Below, piece after piece: positions 37,256 to 46,571 of a stretch of DNA of 64,000 bases. Below the pieces are notes generated by a model, which was not told the origin of the DNA, made no database searches, and was given only the letters and a program-made list of their open reading frames with translations. The position numbers and the translations under genes were made by a program. The stretch covers positions 2,976,001-3,040,000 of the forward strand of contig OZ241869.1 in assembly GCA_965202805.1 (NCBI GenBank). The letters are read 5' to 3'. Origin of the DNA: Longimicrobiales bacterium (GTDB lineage: Bacteria > Gemmatimonadota > Gemmatimonadetes > Longimicrobiales > Gaopeijiaceae). Numbering within the stretch: position 1 is the stretch's first letter; each line of letters starts with the position of its first letter.

Positions 37256-38611
37256 ATGTATGAAGGACACACTCGCAACAGCGTCATTCACTCCGCGCGC
37301 CACGCGATTCCCCCCGTTCTGCTGCTGAGCCTGACCGGGTGCACCAACGCCCCACAGGCCGACGCGGAGCTGATGGAACGCGCCCGCGGCATCCACGAGC
37401 GGGTCATCACGCTGGACACGCACGCCGACATCAACCCGGGCAACTTCACCGCCGAGCGCAACTACACCATGGACCTGCCCACCCAGGTGAACCTGCCCAA
37501 GATGGAGGCGGGCGGGCTGGACGTGGCGTGGTTCATCGTCTACGTGGGGCAGGGCGATCTGACCCCGGAGGGGTACGCCGAAGCCTACGACCAGGCGATT
37601 GCCAAGTTCGATGCCATTCACCGCCTCACCAAAGAGATCGCCCCCGAGCGCATCGGGCTGGCGCTCACCTCCGAAGACGTGCGCCGAATTGCGTCGGAGG
37701 GGCGCAGCGTGGCCATGATCGGGGTGGAGAACGGATACCCGGTCGGGGAGGATCTCGGCCGCATCCAGGAGTTCCAGGAGAGGGGGGCGCGCTACCTGTC
37801 GCTCGCCCACAACGGGCACAGCCAGCTCGCCGACTCCAACACCGGTGAGGCGCTGGACGACTGGCTGCATGACGGGCTGAGCGATCTGGGGCGGCAGGCG
37901 GTGGCCGAACTCAACCGGGTCGGGATCATGATCGACATCTCGCATCCCTCCAAGCCGGCCAACATGGAGGTGTTCGAGCTGAGCCGGGCCCCGGTGATGG
38001 CTTCGCATTCCTCGGCCCGGGCGCTCAACGACCACAGCCGCAACCTGGACGACGAGCAGCTGATGGCGCTGAAGGAGAACGGGGGCGTGGTCCAGACCGT
38101 GGCCTTCCGCGGCTACGTCGACGGACCCAAGAGCCAGGCCTACCGGCAGGCCTCGCAGAGGGTCATCGCGGAGGTCGCCGAGGAGATGGACTTCGAGATC
38201 ATCGGCGGAGGCCGCGGGCGCGCCTTCTTCATGGCGCTGCAGGCGATGAGCCCGGAGGAGCGCGAGGAGTACCAGACCGGCTTGAGCATGGTCCGGGACG
38301 CGGCTGCGGAGCGGATCGCCGTCGAGGTGGCGCCGGTGACGCCGCCGGTCGATGTCGCGGACTTCGTGGACCACATCGACTACATGGTCGGCCTGATCGG
38401 GCTCGAGCACGTGGGCATCAGCTCCGACTTCGACGGAGGCGGGGGCGTCACCGGGTGGGACGACGCCTCGGAGACCTTCAACGTCACCCTGGAGCTGGTC
38501 CGGCGCGGCTACACCGAGGAGGAGATCGGCATGCTCTGGAGCGGGAACCTCCTGCGCGTGCTCGACGACGTGCAGCGGGTGGCGGCGGAGATCCAGGCGG
38601 AGAGTGGCTGA
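37256..38611 (+). CDS. Membrane dipeptidase (M19), lipoprotein
   Basis: DTHADI, IDISH, ASHSS, SRNL, ISSDFDG; LTGC lipobox. Confidence 0.92.
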   Translation: MYEGHTRNSVIHSARHAIPPVLLLSLTGCTNAPQADAELMERARGIHERVITLDTHADINPGNFTAERNYTMDLPTQVNLPKMEAGGLDVAWFIVYVGQGDLTPEGYAEAYDQAIAKFDAIHRLTKEIAPERIGLALTSEDVRRIASEGRSVAMIGVENGYPVGEDLGRIQEFQERGARYLSLAHNGHSQLADSNTGEALDDWLHDGLSDLGRQAVAELNRVGIMIDISHPSKPANMEVFELSRAPVMASHSSARALNDHSRNLDDEQLMALKENGGVVQTVAFRGYVDGPKSQAYRQASQRVIAEVAEEMDFEIIGGGRGRAFFMALQAMSPEEREEYQTGLSMVRDAAAERIAVEVAPVTPPVDVADFVDHIDYMVGLIGLEHVGISSDFDGGGGVTGWDDASETFNVTLELVRRGYTEEEIGMLWSGNLLRVLDDVQRVAAEIQAESG

Positions 38612-38703
38612 GCCGGTTCCGGCGCGCGTCGCGCTTTTGATCGTCGCGCGCGGCAGGGTTAGCTTTGCTGCCCGTCGCCCCGCAGTTCCCCCCGGGAGAT
38701 GAA

Positions 38704-39267
38704 ATGGTCCCCATTCTCGCCCTCTGGCTTCCGATCCTGATCGCCGCCGTACTCGTCTTTTTCGCCAGCTCGGTCATGCACATGGTCCTGGGCTATCACA
38801 AGAACGACTTCAGCGGGATCCGGGGTGAAGAGGACGTGATGAATGCGCTTCGGCCGGCCAACCTCAAGCCGGGCGACTACTTCTTCCCCCATGCGGACAG
38901 CCCCGAGGCCAGGCGCTCGGAGGCCTTCCAGGAGAAGCTGCAGGAGGGGCCCGTCGCCTTCTTCACGGTGGCGGACCCCGCCGCGTTCACGAGCATGAAC
39001 AAGAACCTGGCGCAGTGGTTCGTCTACTGCGTCGTGGTTGGGGTGATCGTGGCCTACGTCGCCGGACGCACGCTGGTGCCCGGGGCGGCGTATCTGACGG
39101 TCTTCCGCCTGGCGGGCACGGTGGCGTTCTGCTGTTACGCGCTCGCGTTGCCGCTCAACTCGATCTGGTACCATCGGAAGTGGTCGACGACGCTCAAGTC
39201 GATGTTCGACGGGCTCGTCTACGGGGTTCTGACCGCGGGTACGTTCGGCTGGCTGTGGCCGGAGTGA
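38704..39267 (+). CDS. Conserved hypothetical membrane protein
   Basis: LWLPI..SSVMHM..H; about 4 TM segments; ends FGWLWP. Confidence 0.75.
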   Translation: MVPILALWLPILIAAVLVFFASSVMHMVLGYHKNDFSGIRGEEDVMNALRPANLKPGDYFFPHADSPEARRSEAFQEKLQEGPVAFFTVADPAAFTSMNKNLAQWFVYCVVVGVIVAYVAGRTLVPGAAYLTVFRLAGTVAFCCYALALPLNSIWYHRKWSTTLKSMFDGLVYGVLTAGTFGWLWPE

Positions 39268-39274
39268 GGTTCTG

Positions 39275-40183
39275 ATGGAAAACGCCCGACATTCACGCTG
39301 GCGCGGCGCCCTGCTCTGGGTGGGCGCGTTTCTGATCATGGCCGGGGCCGCGATCTACCAGCGCCGCACCGGTCCCACCTATCCGCTGCGCGGCGAGGTG
39401 GCCGTCGGCGCCGACGCGTTCCGCTACGAGCTGGTGCGCAGCCAGGAGACCATCGAGCGGGCGCGGGTCGCGTTGCCGAGGCCGGGCGCGGACGCCGCCG
39501 GCACGATGACCTACCGGCGCTACCCCACCAGCGACGAGTTCACTACGGTGGCCATGGCGGTGGAGGCGGGGGAGGACGGCCCGGAACTGGCGGCCTACCT
39601 GCCCGTCCAGCCGGCCGCGGGCAAGATGGAGTACTACGTGGAGCTGGAGACGGCGGACGGCGCCGTGCGCATCCCCGCCGAACAGGGCGAGGACGCCAAC
39701 ATCATCCTCCGCTACAAGGATCCGGTGCCGGCCGCGCTGCTGATCTCGCATGTCATTGCGATGTTCTTCACCGTTCTGATCGGCATGCGCACCGGCCTGG
39801 GAGCCCTCTTCGCTCCGGGCAACATGCGGACGCTCGTCTGGGTGACCCTCATCGGGATGACCGTCGGTGGCCTGGTGCTCGGCCCCTTCGTCCAGAACTA
39901 CGCGTTCGGGGAGTACTGGACGGGCTTCCCCTGGGGCTACGACCTGACCGACAACAAGCTCCTCATCATGTGGGTCGTGTGGGTCGCGGCGGCGTTCGCG
40001 CTGGGGGTGAAGCCGAAGCGGAAGGCCGGGCCCGGTCGGGTAGTGGTGGGGGTGGCCGCGCTCGTCATGACGGTGGTGTACCTCATCCCGCACAGCATGC
40101 GCGGCAGCGAGCTCGACTTCGCGGCGGTAGACGCGGGCGTGCCCGCCGAGGAGGCCGTCGGGACCGGCCGCAACCAGGAATAG
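39275..40183 (+). CDS. Hypothetical membrane protein with periplasmic domain
   Basis: YQRRTGPTYP, QPAAGKMEY, FGEYWTGFPWGYDLTDNK; GAGG RBS. Confidence 0.75.
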   Translation: MENARHSRWRGALLWVGAFLIMAGAAIYQRRTGPTYPLRGEVAVGADAFRYELVRSQETIERARVALPRPGADAAGTMTYRRYPTSDEFTTVAMAVEAGEDGPELAAYLPVQPAAGKMEYYVELETADGAVRIPAEQGEDANIILRYKDPVPAALLISHVIAMFFTVLIGMRTGLGALFAPGNMRTLVWVTLIGMTVGGLVLGPFVQNYAFGEYWTGFPWGYDLTDNKLLIMWVVWVAAAFALGVKPKRKAGPGRVVVGVAALVMTVVYLIPHSMRGSELDFAAVDAGVPAEEAVGTGRNQE

Positions 40184-40233
40184 GTGCGCGACGGAGGCGT
40201 CCGAACCTCGCCCCGGTGCGCGCGGATGCGGTC

Positions 40234-40701
40234 GTGAGCGCGGCGCACCTCCATCTGCTGACGGTGCACCTGCCGGTTGTCCTTTGTCCTCTCGCGCTCG
40301 TGCTGTTCGTCTGCGCGCGCCTGCGCCACGACACCCCCGCAGCCCGCATCGGCCGCTGGCTGCTGGTGGCTTGCGCGGTCGTGGGCGTGCCCGCCTATTT
40401 CTCCGGCCCGCCCGCCTTCGAGTCGATGGAGAGCGAGCTGGCCCCGATGCGCGACCTGGTGGAACTGCACGCGGTTCTGGGCAGGGCGGCCTTCTTCGGT
40501 CTGGTGCTGCTGGCGCTGACCGCGCTTCAGACCTCGCTGAGGGAGATGCAGGAGGAGCCGGTGCCCGGCTGGCTGCACGGCGTCGTGGTGGTTGGCACCC
40601 TGCTTCTCAGCTACGTTCTCGCGTGGACGGGGCACCTCGGGGGCGCCATCCGCCATCCGGAGATCGGAGACGCGCTCTCATGGCTCTTCCCCCGCTGGTG
40701 A
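40234..40701 (+). CDS. DUF2231-like membrane protein
   Basis: HLHLLTVHLP, AYFSG, TGHLGGAIRHPEI; start approximate (GTG). Confidence 0.65.
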   Translation: MSAAHLHLLTVHLPVVLCPLALVLFVCARLRHDTPAARIGRWLLVACAVVGVPAYFSGPPAFESMESELAPMRDLVELHAVLGRAAFFGLVLLALTALQTSLREMQEEPVPGWLHGVVVVGTLLLSYVLAWTGHLGGAIRHPEIGDALSWLFPRW

Positions 40702-40718
40702 GCCCATCTGCCGCCCGC

Positions 40719-40754
40719 TTTACGCATTTTACACAATTTACGCATTTTACGCAT
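40719..40754. repeat. AT-rich 9-bp tandem repeat x4
   Basis: TTTACGCAT TTTACACAA TTTACGCAT TTTACGCAT. Confidence 0.8.
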
Positions 40755-40843
40755 TCCAGCCCCCGGGAGCCGTCCTCCCAACCCGCGGAATCGAGTGCCG
40801 AAACCCCCGCGATCCTCCTCACCCTGATGCTCCAGAGAGACCC

Positions 40844-42160
40844 ATGAGCCGTTCCGTCGCCCGCCTGCTCACACCCACGCGCACCGCCCCGTTGCTCCTT
40901 GTTGCCGCGCTCCTCTCCGGCGCCGCATCGCTCGCACCGGCCCAGGACGACGCCGAAGCCGAAGTTCGCGCCCTCATGGAACATCCCTCCATCCAGGCCG
41001 CGTTCCGTCACATCGAGGAGAACGACCCCTGGACCATCGCGATTCTGCGCGAGCTCACCCAGATCCCCGCGCCGCCCTTCATGGAAGAGGTGCGCGGACA
41101 GCGGTTCCTGGAGCTGCTCCTGGAGTCGGGCGTCGATTCCGCCTGGGCCGACGAGGAGGGCAACGTCATCGGCCTGCGCCGCGGCGGCGGCTCCGGGACG
41201 ATGATCTTCTCCGGGCACCTGGACACGGTCTTCCCGGAGGGCACGGACGTGACCATCCGCGAGAACGGCGACACGCTGTTCGCGCCCGGCATCGCCGACG
41301 ACACCCGCGGCCTCGTGACCGTGCTCGCCGTGCTGCGCGCGATGAACGCCGCCGACATCCGGACCGAGCAGGACATATGGTTCGTGGGCACCGTGGGCGA
41401 GGAAGGCACCGGCGACCTGCGCGGGGTCAAGCACCTCTTCCGCGAGGGCTCGCAGGCTTTCAGCGCGTTCATCTCGATCGACGGGCTGGGGCACAGCGGG
41501 GTGACCAACGCCGGTCTGGGCTCGCACCGCTACCGCGTCGCCTTCAAGGGGCCGGGCGGGCACTCCTGGGGGGCGTTCGGGCTGGGCAACCCCATCCACG
41601 CACTGGGGCGCGCCGTCTCGCATTTCGACGCCGAGGCCAAGCGCTACACCGACAACGCCGCCCAGCGCACCAGCTACAACGTCGGCACGGTGGGGGGCGG
41701 AACTTCGGTGAACTCGATCCCCTTCGAGGCATGGATGGAGATCGACATGCGCTCGGAGAGCCCCCAGGCGCTGCTTGAAATCGACGCGGTCTTCCAGGCG
41801 GCGATGCGGCGCGGGCTCGAGGAAGCCAACGCGGTGCGCGCGGGGGGCGAGGAGCTCACCCTCGAGATCACCATGATCGGCAACCGGCCAAGCGGCGAGG
41901 TCCCGGAGGATCATCCCTTCATCCAGCGCGCGCTGGCGGCCACGGAGCTCATGGGCGGCATCACGTCGCTGCGGCGCTCCTCAACCGACTCCAACACGCC
42001 GATTTCGCTCGGCATCCCGTCGATCACCATCGGCGGCGGCGGTGCGGGCGGCAACTCGCACTCGCTCGCCGAATTCTTCATGAACCACAACGGTCCCGTC
42101 GGCATCCAGCGCGCCCTGCTGATCCTGGTATCGCAGGCCGGGATGGTGCCGGTGATGTAG
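40844..42160 (+). CDS. Exported M20 family metallopeptidase
   Basis: SGHLDTVF, PGIADD, VGEEG, GGHSW, STDSN. Confidence 0.9.
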   Translation: MSRSVARLLTPTRTAPLLLVAALLSGAASLAPAQDDAEAEVRALMEHPSIQAAFRHIEENDPWTIAILRELTQIPAPPFMEEVRGQRFLELLLESGVDSAWADEEGNVIGLRRGGGSGTMIFSGHLDTVFPEGTDVTIRENGDTLFAPGIADDTRGLVTVLAVLRAMNAADIRTEQDIWFVGTVGEEGTGDLRGVKHLFREGSQAFSAFISIDGLGHSGVTNAGLGSHRYRVAFKGPGGHSWGAFGLGNPIHALGRAVSHFDAEAKRYTDNAAQRTSYNVGTVGGGTSVNSIPFEAWMEIDMRSESPQALLEIDAVFQAAMRRGLEEANAVRAGGEELTLEITMIGNRPSGEVPEDHPFIQRALAATELMGGITSLRRSSTDSNTPISLGIPSITIGGGGAGGNSHSLAEFFMNHNGPVGIQRALLILVSQAGMVPVM

Positions 42161-42220
42161 GGCGTTCGCGCGCCCTCGGGCCGACGCGGTCCGGCTCGCG
42201 CGCATTCGCATCCCGATCCA

Positions 42221-42808
42221 ATGTCCTTTTTCTCTTCCGACCGGGAACGCCGCCTCTGGATGTGGACGGCGGTCGTCGTTGCGGCGATCTACTCCACCCT
42301 TGGCCTGGCACGCACCCTCGTCGACTACCTGGGCAACGATTTCTTCTCCGTATGGCTCTTCCTGGCCGGCTGCCTTCTCGTCCTGCTGACCGTCGTCACC
42401 CAGGGGCTGAAGGTCCGCCCCGGAGGAGCCGAGGTCGCGGTCGCCCTGGGCGTCGCGGCCGCCTACCTGCTGATCGTGGTGCGCATGTCGGTCCCGACGG
42501 AGCGCTCCCACCTGGTGGAGTACGGCGTGGTTGCCGTCTTCATCCACGAGGCGCTGACCGAACGCGCCAGCCAGGGCCGCCGGGTGCCGGCGCCCGCGCT
42601 GCTCGCGATCGCGGCCGCTTCCCTGGTCGGCCTGATCGACGAGGGAATTCAGAGGCTCATTCCCAACCGCGTCTTCGACCCCGTCGACATCCTGTTCAAC
42701 GTGCTGGCCGCCGTGATGGCCGTCACCGCAAGTGTGGCACTACGTTGGGCGCGGCGGTGGGGCTCATCTGTGGTCGGGCGCGCCATGGGGGAACCGGGCC
42801 CCGAGTAA
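42221..42808 (+). CDS. VanZ family membrane protein
   Basis: ERSHLVEYG; IDEGIQ..PNRVFDPVDILFN. Confidence 0.85.
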   Translation: MSFFSSDRERRLWMWTAVVVAAIYSTLGLARTLVDYLGNDFFSVWLFLAGCLLVLLTVVTQGLKVRPGGAEVAVALGVAAAYLLIVVRMSVPTERSHLVEYGVVAVFIHEALTERASQGRRVPAPALLAIAAASLVGLIDEGIQRLIPNRVFDPVDILFNVLAAVMAVTASVALRWARRWGSSVVGRAMGEPGPE

Positions 42809-42888
42809 CGGCAGGTGCCGGCGCTACCCGTCCGCGCCGGTGGACAACGGCAAGGTCAAAGCGAGATGACCGGGGAGGAGTGGTTCTC

Positions 42889-44199
42889 ATGCACAGGCAC
42901 ATCAGTCCATTCGGTACGGCGCTGGTCGCGGTTCTCGCCCTGTCGGGATGCCGCAGTGCGACCGAGCCACCCGCCGAGCCGCCGGTTGAGCCTCCCGTTG
43001 AACCGCCGGTTGAGCCCCCGGTCGACTTCGAGCCCGGGCCGCTCGGTGCGGTCACGCTGGAGGCGGGCGAGGCCGTGCGCATCCGCATGCTGCTCTCGGT
43101 CACGGTCGCGCCGACGCTGGGCGCCGTGTCCCGGCAGGGAGCCGCGTTCGCCGCCGGGGACTTCGGTTCCGTCCACGGGCGCGAGGTCGAACTGGGCGAT
43201 CCGGTGGACACGAGTTGTTCGCCGGAGGGCGGGCGCGCGGGTGCGTCGGGAATCGTCGGGGATCCGCAGGTGGCGGGCATCATCGGAACCAACTGTTCCG
43301 CCGCGGCGGTGGCGGCGTCGCCCGTCGTCAGCGACGCGGGCCTGGTCATGATCTCGCCCAGCAACACGTCGCCACACCTCACCTCCGACCTGGCCGGGAG
43401 CGCGAATCCCGATTATCACCCGGGCTACTTTCGGGTATCGTCCAATGACCTTCACCAGGCCCGCGCACTCTCGGACTTCGTCTACAACCAGCTGGAACTC
43501 GGGAGCGTGGCCACCCTTCACGACGGCGACCCCTACACGTCCGCCCTCGTGGCGGCATTCGCCGACGCCTTCGCCGGTCTCGGCGGCGCGGTGCCGGCCC
43601 AGGCCGCAATCGAGAAAGGCGACACCGACATGACGGAAGTTCTCACCGAGTTCGCGGCAGCCGGTCCGGACGCCATCTTCTTTCCGCTGTTCGTGACGGA
43701 GGGATCGGCCTTCGCCGCGCAGGCGCGGGCCTTCGACGGGCTTGAGGGGACCACCCTGATTTCAGCGGCCGCGCTGCTGGTCTCCGCGTTCCTGGAAACG
43801 CCGCAATCGGAGGGGATCTACTTTGCGGGACCGGAATCGGACTATGGTTCGAACGTCAACGGGGTGACGGGACGGAGCGGGGAGCAGGTTCTTGCCGCGT
43901 TCGAGGCCAGGCATGGCGGCTTCCCCGGATCACCCTACTGGGCGCACACCTACGATGCGACCACCATCCTCCTCTCGGCCATCGAATCCGTTGCCGTGGA
44001 GGACGGCGACAGGATGCACATCGACCGCGCGGCGCTGCGCGAGCAAGTGGGAGCGACCGCCATGAGCGGCCTGGTCGGGACGATATCCTGCGACGCGTTC
44101 GGCGACTGCGGCACGGGGCGGATGAACATCTACCACCACACCGACAGCAGCGTCACCGACGTTGCCCGGCTGCCGGTGGTGTACGTGTACAGCCCGTGA
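42889..44199 (+). CDS. Branched-chain amino acid ABC substrate-binding lipoprotein (orphan)
   Basis: LSGC lipobox; PVEP linker repeats; IIGTNCS, MISPSNTSP, YFRVSSND. Confidence 0.85.
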   Translation: MHRHISPFGTALVAVLALSGCRSATEPPAEPPVEPPVEPPVEPPVDFEPGPLGAVTLEAGEAVRIRMLLSVTVAPTLGAVSRQGAAFAAGDFGSVHGREVELGDPVDTSCSPEGGRAGASGIVGDPQVAGIIGTNCSAAAVAASPVVSDAGLVMISPSNTSPHLTSDLAGSANPDYHPGYFRVSSNDLHQARALSDFVYNQLELGSVATLHDGDPYTSALVAAFADAFAGLGGAVPAQAAIEKGDTDMTEVLTEFAAAGPDAIFFPLFVTEGSAFAAQARAFDGLEGTTLISAAALLVSAFLETPQSEGIYFAGPESDYGSNVNGVTGRSGEQVLAAFEARHGGFPGSPYWAHTYDATTILLSAIESVAVEDGDRMHIDRAALREQVGATAMSGLVGTISCDAFGDCGTGRMNIYHHTDSSVTDVARLPVVYVYSP

Positions 44200-45053
44200 C
44201 CTCCGCTGGTTCAATCACCAAGGGCGCGCGCGGGCGCGCGACGGGCACCCGCAGGGAAGCGCATGGTGCCGTTCGGCCGCACTCAGGCGTCCGGCGGCGT
44301 GTTGGCGCGGCGCTCCGCACGGCGGCGGCGACCGTGCTGCTCGCGCCGCTGGCGGGTTGCGCCGACGACTCGCCGGCGGTCGTGGGACTGGTGCCGCGCA
44401 CGGGGGAGGATCTCCCGCCCGAGCAGCTCGCCCGGGAGGTGGCCGACCGCATCGTCCCCGGCGACTTCGTCGAGCCCTTCGAGGACAGGCTGATCCTGGA
44501 AGTGCGGGGCGACCTGCTCTTCGTGAAGGGTGTGGTGAACGGGGCCAGCGAACGGGAGACGGTCGCGTTGCTGAACGGCGCGCCGGGCGTGCGGACGGCC
44601 GTGCTCACCATGGTGCCCGGCTCGGCGGACGACGAGACCAACGTCGCGCTCGGGCGCAGGCTCCGTGACGCCGGCATGACCACCTACCTTCCGGCGCGGG
44701 GTCTGGTGGCCTCCGGCGGCACCGACCTGTTCCTGAGCGGCTCGCGGCGCATCGTCGAGCCCGGCGCGCGGGTCGGGGTCCACAGCTGGAGCTCGCCCTT
44801 CGGCGACGGCAACGAGATCCCGCGCGACGACCCCGTGCACCGGCTCTATCTCGACTACTACCGGGACATGGGCATCCCCGAGGCGTTCTACTGGTTCACC
44901 CTCGAAGCGGCCCCGCCGGAAGACATACACTGGATGAGCGAGGCCGAGATGGCGCGCTACCGGATCGCCACGGTGTCCATCTCGCCACGCAGTCGTGCCT
45001 CGAACTCTCTAGTCGTAGCGCGGGCTGTCGCGCCCCCCGGCCTCGAGCCGTAG
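44196..45053 (+). CDS. Hypothetical lipoprotein, ClpP/crotonase-like (COG3904-like)
   Basis: LAGC lipobox; ASGGTDLFLSG..RVGVHSW; GTGA overlap; start uncertain. Confidence 0.65.
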   Translation: MTSAGSITKGARGRATGTRREAHGAVRPHSGVRRRVGAALRTAAATVLLAPLAGCADDSPAVVGLVPRTGEDLPPEQLAREVADRIVPGDFVEPFEDRLILEVRGDLLFVKGVVNGASERETVALLNGAPGVRTAVLTMVPGSADDETNVALGRRLRDAGMTTYLPARGLVASGGTDLFLSGSRRIVEPGARVGVHSWSSPFGDGNEIPRDDPVHRLYLDYYRDMGIPEAFYWFTLEAAPPEDIHWMSEAEMARYRIATVSISPRSRASNSLVVARAVAPPGLEP

Positions 45054-46571
45054 ATCCAACGCCCTGTGCGGCGCCGTGCGGTCGATGGTCAGGATCGTGA
45101 CGCGACCGGGAAACAGGTCGGCGAGACGCCAGACTGCCTTGCCGGAGGCCGCGATCAGGGGAACGCCGGGTGGGCCATCCCGACCGCAAACGTCGGCAAG
45201 GACATCGCTCATCGAGGGCGCTTCGAACCGGATCTCCGCCACGCTCGTGACCTCCGGTTTCACCTCCACGTCAACGGACTCGGACTCGTACCACAGCTGC
45301 TCCAGATACGGATGTGTGAAGTGCAGTGCGTAGGTGCCGACACCCAGATGGTCCAGCTCGAATCGTCCTTCGGCATCCGTCTTCGTCTCAGTGCCGGATC
45401 CCCGCACGTAGACACGCGCGTTCGGCAGTCCGACTCCCAGCGAGTCGACGACGGTTCCCACGACGCGCCGCCCCCGCTCTCCTTCGAAAACAACGCCCTC
45501 ATCGCCATGAACCCGAAGAACCTCGCCGTGCGTCGTGGCGATGCCTTCCAGGGTGGGCGCCGGCCGGCCCGTAAGGGGGTGCTCGGTCTCGCCGGCGGTG
45601 AACATCCGGATTTGCCACGAGGTTACGATCCAGGTCCCGTTCGGGAGGCCGCGAAAGCGCACCGCACCCCCGGGAGACGCGTCCATCAGCCAATGGGGCA
45701 CAGGGAGATTCACGTAGCGAAAATCCACCCTTTGGAGCTCCGCCGTCGCCGCATCGAGCCACATCGTTCCCGAGATATCCGCCACATCCCGGTTCGGCAC
45801 TGGTTCGAACTCCACCCCGACAAGCCGGCTTCCGCCGGACCGGATCCGCAGGCAGTGCGTATCGAGAAACGAATCGGAGAGCAGAACTCCGGCGTCGGGA
45901 GCCCAAAACTCCGACGCCTCGGCCGAGAACCTCGCGAACCCTCCGTACACGAGGGAGTCGGCCGCACGGGCGATGTACGGTACGGACACGAGGGCCTGTC
46001 CATGGACTCGATCCTCGAACTCCACCTTTCGTCCGCGTTCGTCGAGATGCCGCCTTATACCCAGCATCTCGTACCGGTAGAGCCCTCGCTCCTGCGTCCA
46101 CCTCGCCGCTGCGAGCGCCTTGCGCGCCTCGTTCCAGACTTTGGCGACGGCCAACCCCTCTTCCGGGTTCAGATGGCACCTGGGACCGACTGTCGCGCTG
46201 ACTCCCTCCAACGAAATCGCATCGACCGGCGCGGCTATCTGCACCGTCAGGGTGTCCCCGACGGAGATGCTGAAGAACGCCGAGTACGTGGTTGCGTACC
46301 CGATCCGCTCAGCTCGCACCCGGTACTCGCCGGGTGTGGGCGCGTCGAACTCGAACAGGCCCGTGCCGCTCTGCGTAACCGTTCGCTCGACGCCCCGGCC
46401 GCTGCGGTCCATCAGGGTCATCATCGCCCCTGAAATGGCCGCGTTGTCCCCATCTTCGACGAGCGTGCCGCGTATCGCCTGGCCTTGCAGGGTCGGCGCG
46501 ACCGCGGCCTGAAGCACGACCAGGGCTATCGGCAGACCGACACTGCGGGTTCTCTGTTTCGATCTCCCCAT
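45009..46571 (-). CDS. Exported protein with carboxypeptidase-regulatory-like domains
   Basis: Signal peptide; IRGTLV..YRVRAERIGY; second domain VGTVVDS..TDAEGRF. Confidence 0.78.
   Translation of the reverse strand: MGRSKQRTRSVGLPIALVVLQAAVAPTLQGQAIRGTLVEDGDNAAISGAMMTLMDRSGRGVERTVTQSGTGLFEFDAPTPGEYRVRAERIGYATTYSAFFSISVGDTLTVQIAAPVDAISLEGVSATVGPRCHLNPEEGLAVAKVWNEARKALAAARWTQERGLYRYEMLGIRRHLDERGRKVEFEDRVHGQALVSVPYIARAADSLVYGGFARFSAEASEFWAPDAGVLLSDSFLDTHCLRIRSGGSRLVGVEFEPVPNRDVADISGTMWLDAATAELQRVDFRYVNLPVPHWLMDASPGGAVRFRGLPNGTWIVTSWQIRMFTAGETEHPLTGRPAPTLEGIATTHGEVLRVHGDEGVVFEGERGRRVVGTVVDSLGVGLPNARVYVRGSGTETKTDAEGRFELDHLGVGTYALHFTHPYLEQLWYESESVDVEVKPEVTSVAEIRFEAPSMSDVLADVCGRDGPPGVPLIAASGKAVWRLADLFPGRVTILTIDRTAPHRALDLRLEAGGRDSPRYD

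Noticed and set aside
40719..40754. Repeat arrays as CRISPR
   Set aside because: Units are 9 bp with no spacers, and there are no cas genes.
42961..43030. 12-bp tandem repeats
   Set aside because: Encode a PVEP linker after a lipobox; ordinary.
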